Shown here piece after piece: positions 55,639 through 64,000 of a stretch of 64,000 nt of DNA. The stretch spans positions 868,001 to 932,000 of the forward strand of contig CP120462.1 in assembly GCA_034226945.1 (NCBI GenBank), in the 5' to 3' direction. This DNA is from Picochlorum sp. SENEW3 (Eukaryota). Every line of letters begins with the position of its first letter. Position 1 is the first letter of the stretch. The position numbers and the translations under genes were made by a program. The notes beneath the pieces are model-generated. The model worked only from the letters and a program-made list of their open reading frames with translations, had not been told where the DNA came from and made no database searches.

Positions 55639-58600
55639 CTACGCCCGCTGACCTCCATCACGCTGTCTACAGGATTCAAGGGCCTTCTCCAAAGCCACCA
55701 TGCCTTGTCCAAGCAGATGGTGAGACAGGGCTCTCTTGGAGACAAGGATTCCTTCGTCCATCAGATCTTGTGCATGTATCCACACCGCGTCCCATGTGAT
55801 GTCTTTCGAGTTGTTTGTGAGATTTCCGGATGGTCTCAAAAATATGATCCGACCTGGTGGGTACATGGGCCTGGTGTCCACGTCTTTCTGATGCAGTTGG
55901 GCCCTTGCAAGGTACTGCTGGAGCACCTCCTTGACATCCGGATCAATGCTTTCAAACGGCTGGAAAACATGGGGTGCGGCGGAAGCATTCACATATCTTC
56001 CGATGAGCGTATCCAAGAGGATGGACAGCTTGGGACGATAGCATGTGCCTAGGGCAAACATCATATCGTCAATCACCCGCTTCATGGTCTGCATCGACAT
56101 TCGTGATATTGCATCCTGACCAACCACAATCGACGTGCAAAAGCTTTCAGATATGGCACGAAATGTGTCATCCACAAGCCCACCTGGTGGATTGTACGAA
56201 AGACACCGCAAAGATGGAAAAATTTAGATTAATTCAGCCCCAATGATACTCGAAACTGCCGCACCCAGGGAGTGCCCTGTGATCACCAGACCATACTTCT
56301 GGCCATGTATTGCATGTTGAATGAGAGCAATTGCCCTGGATGTACTGAATTCCATCTGCTCTTCCTCTTCCATCGCATCAAACTCCTTGATTTGGCAATC
56401 GTTATAGGAAGACTCCGGAGAGAGCAGATCTGCATCTGCTGATATTGGCCCAGGAAGATGCTGGATTGCCTCGTAAATGCCAACCTTCTTTAAATCCTCT
56501 AGCAGGGCTTTGGCAGATGACACGATGCCTTCGTGCGCGTACATTTCTTCTGAATCTCGACCAGTCAGAGTTCTTATTTGATCTAAGGTCCAAGGGGACA
56601 CCTGGCGATTGAAATTTTTGGGACTGCTCAGAAGGTCTGTGACCAAATCAGAAAACCCAACGGTGCCCCTGATACTTATGCAAATGTTTTTAGTCACCTT
56701 GTCTACCAAAATCAGATACGGCAAGATCCCCAAAGGACTAGAGGTATAAGAAATATAGAGCAAGTCCTCAATGGAAGTCTTCGTGATTCGGAGGATGCTC
56801 TTCAAATTTCGTTTCTGATAGTATGACTTTTTCAATGAATCTGGAATACATACAGACACACAAGACAAGCACTTGTCTAGTGCAGCTGTGTGGCATTTAG
56901 TGGCAGCACCTCCTTTCCACTTTCTTTCCATCAAGCCATAGCTTGCGCGAGCTATTGGGAGGAAGTGTCTGACTTCCTCCAGTATGGAATGCTCTACAAA
57001 TCGGACTTTAGACCCCATGTACATACTGACACATTCACTTGTATTTGTTGGTGCGCCGTTTTGCTTCAATGTGACTGTGTTCAGGCCCAACGGTGTCATC
57101 AGTGCCCTGGGTTGCTGGACACATGTAATTTGTTGAGGATGGATGCAATTCTCCGACGCTCCATTTGCCTCCATTGTGGAGCTTGTTTCTGAATTAATTC
57201 GGATAAAACTGTGCTGTAAAGTTATTGATGCACCTAGATCATCCATTTCCTGTCCAGAGATCGATGAAGAAAGCTGCCTCATGACTGTGTCTTCCGAGGG
57301 ACTGTCATGAGGCCTCTGTGATACATCGTCCTGTTCCAGCGATGAAGAGGTGACATTTCTTTCCATGCGTTTCTTCCATCTCAATGAAATTTTCACAAAA
57401 GGTCGGTGATAACGGTCTTTGAATAGCGGAAACAAGATGAATCCCATCAATCTGGACCACCAGGTGCTCAAATGTCTCTCTTGGCAAGAGTAGCCATGAT
57501 CCTCCAAGCGCTTCAGGGCGTGCTCTTTCCGCTTCCATATCTGTCTTAAATGAACCAAATAAAGTCCTAAAATCAAGTCTGAGATATCCAAATCTGCCCC
57601 GCCGAAGAGTTTGTGCAGCAAACTTCCAATTCCAGCCAAAGCATCGCTGCCATCTTCAGTCGTCAGGTTTTCCAGCGATTCCAAATAACCCGCCCTCCTT
57701 GCGAAGGCGCTGAATAGTCCCTCCCAAGATTCTTCCGACTCGTAATCAGGAAAGGCGTTGAAAGAGAAAAACAGAATGAATACAGTAACTAGTATCACAC
57801 CCTCTGATGTGTAGACAACAGCTGCAAAAAATCCTTTCAGGGTGTAGACACTAGGCAATGTCAAAAATTCGTTCCACATCGTACAATTCGACGATAAAAG
57901 AGCCCTGCATCTAGCGCTAAGGCATTCTGACCAAGGTATCCTCTTCTCTAAATCGGCGAGGGTCAGAATCTGGTCCTCCTTTACTGAAGGAGAAATGAAC
58001 TGCAAAACAAGACCTTGGAATACTGACGGAAACAATGACGTATAGGTAGCATTTGCCTCCGAGGCCCGAGATCCGAAATATGAGAAAATAGATTCCTTCG
58101 AATACGGATTGATCTGTGCAGCAAACTTGCCATCATGCTTGATGTAATCATTGCAAGTGACAATCCCTGGATAGTCAAAGAGTGCATGTTGGCTACTCTC
58201 ATTCGTCCCATTATAATTCTCGCGCATCCAAGTCGCCCCGTGGTCACTCCATGTGCGAAAGCATGAGATGAATTCCCCTCTATTGTCCCATATGATTTGA
58301 CAAGCTGGTGTGAGCCGAACATCACCTGAAGCCCCTGGCAAGCAGACTTTTGGCAACGAATCTGAAAAGGAATCACAGGGATTGCTGGACCAGCAAGCTT
58401 TGGAGACTGTTGGGCTGTATAATACATAAAACCCATATATGGCGAGGACAAATTTTATGAACAGAACTCCAAACCAAGCATAAATCAACCAGGACATCAT
58501 TGGCATCCTCTTCGTTTCGGCCAGTGGCCCTCCATTCCAGCCAACCCAAACTATCAGTTCAAATACGAGCAGCTCCGCGACATAGGCGGCTGTCGAACCG

Positions 58601-58785
58601 TACATGGCAATCCCAACTTTGGTGAACTCTGGACATTCGTAGTTCCGGCTCAAAGTCATTGCAACGAGTGAGAGCAGCATGATGAGCATGACCAGTGCCA
58701 AAACGGTCAGGACTGGATAAAATATGATAGGTAAAAAGTCAGTGGCAAGCCTCCACCGTCGACCGAAAAATTTTGCCTGAGGCAT
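55639..58785 (-). CDS. DAGL: Diacylglycerol lipase (DAGL)-like membrane lipase interrupted by in-frame TAA at 56224-56226
   Basis: MPQAKFFGRRWRLATD, TM segments, ISIRGTVGFSDLVTDL, GHSLG, then in the same frame LRCLSYNPPGG, SIVVGQDAISRMS, MYPPGRIIFL. Confidence 0.85.
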
Positions 58786-59140
58786 TCTTCCAACCCTGTT
58801 CAATCAACGTTGGCTTTGCTGAACCGGTGACTGACCGGTCGAAGTGCCTTTTCCTGGCACAGAAAGCCACAAAGGACAATCACTTCGACCCATGACCGAT
58901 GGAAGAGGACTTTTACTTGAAAATGGTCCCTAGGTTGTAGAGTGCAGAGAAAATTTCAAGGGGAATCACCTTCCTTAAATGGCATTATAGAAAATCAGTC
59001 ACGTGTCGGTCAAAGACAATCATCCATTTCTTTCTTGGGTATGCAAGAATGCGCACATTTTCCAATTTATGCAAGCATTTGATACACATTATTTCATAGA
59101 ACATAACAAGACACTTTGAAATCAATATTGGGCGTGGGTC

Positions 59141-59443
59141 ATGAACGCAAGTGTCCTTTTCAGCGGGTGCTTCAAGACGACCTGCAAGCCAGTGGTCGTG
59201 GTTGCCGCAAACCCTAATCGAAAGGGAGGTGAGCTCGCGGAGAGACACAGAAAAAGTTCAAGTTCACCTGAAAAGGATGGTGCATTGGCCAGACAAGTAG
59301 ATCAGGTTGGCACTCAGGATGACGAGCACAGAGGACCTGCGGTTCTTGGCGTCCTGCAATGCTCTGATGCAGGAATCGAAAGAGATGTTGGGACAAAGAT
59401 GCAGTGGTCGGATTGGGCCGCAGAGGATCTCTTGACAGGATAG
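59141..59443 (+). CDS. Possible small hypothetical protein
   Basis: 100-aa ATG ORF filling an otherwise empty gap; transit-peptide-like N-terminus; no family recognised. Confidence 0.35.
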   Translation: MNASVLFSGCFKTTCKPVVVVAANPNRKGGELAERHRKSSSSPEKDGALARQVDQVGTQDDEHRGPAVLGVLQCSDAGIERDVGTKMQWSDWAAEDLLTG

Positions 59444-59460
59444 AATTTACAATTTTTTTT

Positions 59461-61173
59461 CTAGTCGTTCAGGTGGTCTTTGTTGGACAAAGAGGCCAGC
59501 ATAGTGAGTCCAAGCACTTTGTCGAGCATATATTGTCGCGAAAAGTAGAGCGACTGTGTCCCGCGATAGGCGTATTCATCCGTTTCCATATATTTCCTGT
59601 ATAATTCATACGTAATCCAACGCACTTTGGCGGTCTTACTGCGGACAACTGCAGAATACTGGGACGGCAGCGCTGGAGAAAAGAGGCCCTTTTCTCCAAT
59701 GATGCACGGTGCTGTGACCTTCTCTATGATACAGTTCCCTGACTGGGTCTGCATATCTTTCAATATTGCTCTTGCTTCTTCCACACTTCTTTGTACCTCC
59801 TTTGGTACTTGATACTCTGACTCCGAAGAGCTGCTGCTCTCTTCACTACTGAAACTTCCCTCGTTGCTTGGCGGGAATCCTGACCATTGGAAAAGATCCC
59901 TGGAGTTGATAGAGGAGACGCTGGAGCCATCATTCCGCATATGCGACCCATCTGTACTTTCTAACAAGACAGTGGTAATGAGATCAAGCTCTCCCTCCAC
60001 CACGACACCAATCTTGCCCGTGTTTGCTTGCCCCTGTCTGCACGCATACTCCCCAAGAGAAAACGTGCGAGTGCTGGCACAGTCCTTGCCGGCAGAAATT
60101 GAACCGAGGAAAGATCGGAACTCCTCTCCAACATGGCATCCTATGGGACATACGTCACTCCTTGAATCTGATATCCATGGATGCTCCAGGAGCTTCGCCA
60201 ACGTCAGGCGTTTTGATGGATCTTTTTCCAGCAAGCCCCGCAGGACGTCTTTTCCAGAGTCACTCACTAAGGGAAATTCTGGGATTGTTAGTTCAGATTT
60301 CTTCAAATTTTCTGAGAATTCGGACACACTCTGGCCTATATATGGAAGTCTTGAGTACAGAAGTACATAAAGGCACACGCCCAATGCATATGCATCTGCA
60401 GCCTTGCCACTGTACGTTCCCCTGCCGTGTAAAATCTCTGGTGCCTGGAATGCTGGGGTGCCTCCCTTACGACGACAGACATGATCGTCCACATCAAACT
60501 CTGTGCTACACCCAAAATCTGTCAAGCCAACTCTTCCATAACGATTCAGTAATATATTTTCCAATTTTAAATCGCTGTGTATGACTTTGTGTTCGTGCAG
60601 AAACAGCAAGCCATTAATTATCTCCCTCACATAAGCCCTTGCGACATGCTCTGAAACATAGTGCCTCAATTTCATTTGATTTCTGTCGAATAGAGGACCA
60701 CCTTCGTAGTATTCCATGACTAAGAGTACCCTGGAGCGCGCAAGATCATGAATGATTTCCCTCATGCCCACAATATTTTCATGCCTTCCCAATCTGTTCA
60801 GCACTCGGGCTTCTGTGGACACTGGATGGCAATCACTCTCTTTCGATTGGAAAAGATTCACAGAATTCTTAACCTTGCTTTGGATGACTTTGATGGCGTA
60901 CAGCCGCTTTGTACATATATCCATGCATAAATACACCTCTCCAGAGACTCCCGCACCAAGAAACCGCACAACTGCGTAGTCATTCCAGAGCAACAATGGG
61001 ACTCTCGAGTAGTGCTGCTCCTTGAAGTTGGTAGTGTCGATGATAGATTCGTCTGACACCTTTAAGGATTCTGCCTGAGAGTGAGCGGATGAGTCCTCGT
61101 TCCCTCTCCATGTTGCCTTGGCGTCAGCCCAGAGATTGGCACCTCCGTCCATCTTGCTGCCGAAACATCCCAT
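59461..61173 (-). CDS. CAMKK/GRIK-like kinase with N-acylation motif and C-terminal cyclic-nucleotide-binding-like domain
   Basis: MGCFGSK; LGAGVSGEV, YAIK, HSDLKLEN, DFG, GTPAFQAPE, YSGKAAD; FSLGEYACRQG...VVEGELD...IIGEKGL. Confidence 0.85.
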   Translation of the reverse strand: MGCFGSKMDGGANLWADAKATWRGNEDSSAHSQAESLKVSDESIIDTTNFKEQHYSRVPLLLWNDYAVVRFLGAGVSGEVYLCMDICTKRLYAIKVIQSKVKNSVNLFQSKESDCHPVSTEARVLNRLGRHENIVGMREIIHDLARSRVLLVMEYYEGGPLFDRNQMKLRHYVSEHVARAYVREIINGLLFLHEHKVIHSDLKLENILLNRYGRVGLTDFGCSTEFDVDDHVCRRKGGTPAFQAPEILHGRGTYSGKAADAYALGVCLYVLLYSRLPYIGQSVSEFSENLKKSELTIPEFPLVSDSGKDVLRGLLEKDPSKRLTLAKLLEHPWISDSRSDVCPIGCHVGEEFRSFLGSISAGKDCASTRTFSLGEYACRQGQANTGKIGVVVEGELDLITTVLLESTDGSHMRNDGSSVSSINSRDLFQWSGFPPSNEGSFSSEESSSSSESEYQVPKEVQRSVEEARAILKDMQTQSGNCIIEKVTAPCIIGEKGLFSPALPSQYSAVVRSKTAKVRWITYELYRKYMETDEYAYRGTQSLYFSRQYMLDKVLGLTMLASLSNKDHLND

Positions 61174-61293
61174 GGCGAACCCTAAATTTTATTCAAAGTC
61201 ACGCATCATGAAATGTTCGGTACTCCACTACGGCTGCGGTCGCGTCCAGAGTAGAGAACTTGGCGTTTGGAAAGAAAATGCAAGTGCCATAGT

Positions 61294-62841
61294 TTACACG
61301 AATGTACTAGGATCTCTCTCGAAAAAATAGTCTGATATTGTGCCTGCGAGGATTTTTCTTAGGGTATTATCTGGGTGATCTTGTGACACGGCCATGCCAT
61401 TGTGCGACCGCGGCAAAGCAGAATTCTGCCCTTTCGAAAGGGCACAAGCATTGAGTGCTGCGCAAGCTTGCTCTCGGATCGCGGGATTCTGCATCCTGCC
61501 GAGTATATCTGCTGGATCAATAGGGATATGGGAGTGAGTCATATTGCGGTTGAACAGCATTGAATCAATAGGAGTCGTACCTACGAGGGAATCAACAAGC
61601 AGATGCAAAGAACCAGTTCCGTGTTCCTGGGTCTGACCAGCTTCGGCCGCCAGTTGGCGATGTAAATCATCTATAGCAGCATCGGTTGCAGAACGGAACA
61701 GTGTGCTGACGTCCATGGACTCGCTCTTCTCTGGGATCGACCCGACACCGGCTGGTATAAATGCCAAAAAGATGCGTGAAACATGTGCATACTGATGCTT
61801 GCCTGTCAGAGTCTGCAATCGCTTAGCGATGGACACTATGGATCCTTTTCTCGATTTGAATCGAAATCCTGCTTTTCTGGACCATGCGCTCTTCCGCAGG
61901 GCCCCAACTATGTTGAAAGGTGCCACGAAATGAGAAGGAGGATCAAGTTGCACCGGGGAACTTGAATTGTATGTCTCAGCACAATGACATACAATGGCAG
62001 CACCACCGAGCCAGGCCCGACCATTCTTATCGACAAAAACTCCATTAGATATGCCAATCGAACAAATGCGACGCACAAGTTCTTCACTGGCATGTTTGGA
62101 CGGCTGAGCATGCAGGCTCGCAGACTCCAATATAGCTTCTCTGGGATTTCTGCAACCTCGGACTGACAAGACGTTGGAGCTATTATTCAGCAGTGTGCAT
62201 TCGATCGCAGGGACCATGATACCTCCCTCCGAGGCTGTTTCTCGCGGTATGCAATTCATAGCGCACCAGCAACGAAGATCAGTCTCCACCAGCGGCATCA
62301 TGCGTTGTAACGCCTCCTCGTCCAGGCTTTCCAATGCTGCGGACACCTGGAAATCCCACTGCTCGACATCTCCCCTGTTGGCCCTTTTGGAAATATCTTT
62401 TGACTTGACATCCATGATTCGTATGCCATCGTTCGAGGAAAGGGAGACGGACGCTTCATGGGCCATGATGGCATCATTGTGAATGCTTGCACGTACTCTG
62501 GACTCGTACTCAACCTTCAGCACCTTTGTCACATTGGATCGGAGGAGAGAGATAAAACTCTTTCCGAAACAAAGGGGAGATATATCGTGTTGCGCTTCAT
62601 GCCTTGATTCCGCAGAGAGCTTGATGTTGACTGCATGAACAACAACATTATGCATGAGTACCTCGGAAACGCGTGGGAAAGACGCACCGAGTGCAAGCAA
62701 AACAATAAAGACACGTACAAGTTATAACATATTTTTCTGAATTATTGCTCGATTGATGCACGCGCACGTGGATATTGTGGCACATGTATTGAGAGACCAG
62801 GTTCGACAGACTTGCCACGATGCTCTGAGAAAGTGACATTG
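61294..62841 (-). CDS. Meiotic topoisomerase VIB-like protein (MTOPVIB/TOP6BL), tentative; 5' exons uncertain
   Basis: ALRKSAWSRKAGF, FRSATDAAIDDLHRQ and (after removing in-frame intron 61512-61580) LVDSLVADILGRMQNPAIREQAC resemble the MTOPVIB transducer motifs. Confidence 0.5.
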
Positions 62842-62948
62842 CGTGCTCCTCGTTAATCTGTATTGACAGGATGGATATCTAATATACAATAAAATAATAC
62901 TTGAATATAATAATACAGTGCACGAACGGGCAGTGCCATCAAAATGAG

Positions 62949-64000
62949 TTAACACCCGACGGGTCTTGGCGTGTACATCTCAGAAAGGTACAGCAAGTGG
63001 TCTGCCAGGGAGGAGCAAAAGCCAAAGCGACAAGCACCTCTGTGGCACTTTGGATCTTCACCAGATCCGTCGCAGACACCTACTAGAGTTCTACTAGGAA
63101 CCACGTCTACGATCCATATTTCTTGCGCGATATGAGAGAATCCCATGTACATGGGCGGGAGAGAAGGTATCATGTCTCTGTTATGGGTGAACCTGAGATG
63201 CTGCGGAATGGTCTTGCCGTACCAAGATGCAAACACAGAGTTTCCCACCCGCGGGGAACCAAACGTTATCAGGCGAACATCCGGAATTTTTAATCTCAGT
63301 TTCATTTCGAGGGCGCACAGCGTGGCAAGCGCACCTCCCAGGGAGTGTCCCGAGACAAAGACGGTGGGCATTGACCCAAGGTTCTCATCACCAGCGTCCC
63401 TCAACATGCCCTGGTCCCATCCCGCGCCCGAACCTCCACCTGAGCCCCTCGGGTGTTGTCGTCGCTTTGATATGATATTTAGAACAGCCTCTGTCACGTT
63501 CCCCGCCAGGTATGAACTATTGTACGAATAAAAGAAACCCCCGTGCACAAGGGCCTGTGGTGGCATTGCTTCGTATGAGAGTGATAGGTCCGTCCTCCAT
63601 GTCTTCATGTTCTCCACCCAGTTATAATACGAGTGACTGTCAGTCCCTCTGAATGATATGATAATCCCGTCCAAATCATCACTCCATCCTACAAAGCCTT
63701 GCAAATCCCACAGCGGATCAAAAATAGCCCTTTCCAAGACAAAGCCATCCGTGCAACGAGAACAGTTCCAATTTTCGATGTTCTCCGGACGGCAGTACGA
63801 TGCCGCGACGAACTCTGAAACAGCTTTTGCCACGCCAATATCAAGCAATCCACTGCCAGCCTTGGCGTACATGGCTTTGCTGTCGAGCAGCCAGGAGAGG
63901 CTCCCTGGTACCAGGTATGCAGCGTCCGAGGAGTTGTACGTGTACCAGGGGACTGGTTGATCCTTTGGATTCTTTCTATGTGGCCACCACCAAGAAAATC
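62949..64000 (-). CDS. Class 3 lipase, 5' end beyond window
   Basis: AASYC...WNCSRC, IIISFRGT, VHGGF, GHSLGG, TFGSPRVGN, HNRDMIPSLPP, DHLLY; frame open to the window edge. Confidence 0.93.
   Translation of the reverse strand, partial: FSWWWPHRKNPKDQPVPWYTYNSSDAAYLVPGSLSWLLDSKAMYAKAGSGLLDIGVAKAVSEFVAASYCRPENIENWNCSRCTDGFVLERAIFDPLWDLQGFVGWSDDLDGIIISFRGTDSHSYYNWVENMKTWRTDLSLSYEAMPPQALVHGGFFYSYNSSYLAGNVTEAVLNIISKRRQHPRGSGGGSGAGWDQGMLRDAGDENLGSMPTVFVSGHSLGGALATLCALEMKLRLKIPDVRLITFGSPRVGNSVFASWYGKTIPQHLRFTHNRDMIPSLPPMYMGFSHIAQEIWIVDVVPSRTLVGVCDGSGEDPKCHRGACRFGFCSSLADHLLYLSEMYTPRPVGC

Noticed and set aside
56224..56226. TAR-to-Gln genetic code reassignment
   Set aside because: TAA is the normal stop of H2A, H2B, H3, H4, RPL6 and others in this window.

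Overview
Gene-dense nuclear DNA from a small-genome eukaryote, most likely a compact chlorophyte green alga (Trebouxiophyceae/Picochlorum-like). This is an inference from short GT-AG introns of about 65-100 nt, TGTAA poly(A)-type signals, plastid-targeted genes such as DPE1 and EXECUTER, tRNA-Sec, and histone genes ending in stem-loops. About 45 protein genes are packed with gaps often under 70 nt. They include SRR1, WDR18, PIG-W, a PUF protein, PDK1, HscB, RAD54B-like, AsnRS, ALDH22, nicastrin, RWA/CASD1, RPL6, DPE1, a core-histone quartet, RTF1, EX1, a DAGL homologue with an in-frame TAA, and an MTOPVIB-like gene. RNA genes not shown in the ORF track are an intron-containing tRNA-His, a tRNA-Sec, a U13/snR45-type snoRNA just upstream of tRNA-Sec, and two snoRNA-like structures in unusually long introns. 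The strongest leads are: (1) all four histone genes carry the 3' stem-loop plus a conserved TGGAAA at the position of the metazoan U7-binding element; (2) the U13-tRNA-Sec tandem; (3) a roughly 960 bp element with palindromic inverted ends; (4) candidate polycistronic gene pairs. All family assignments come from motif recognition, not database searches.
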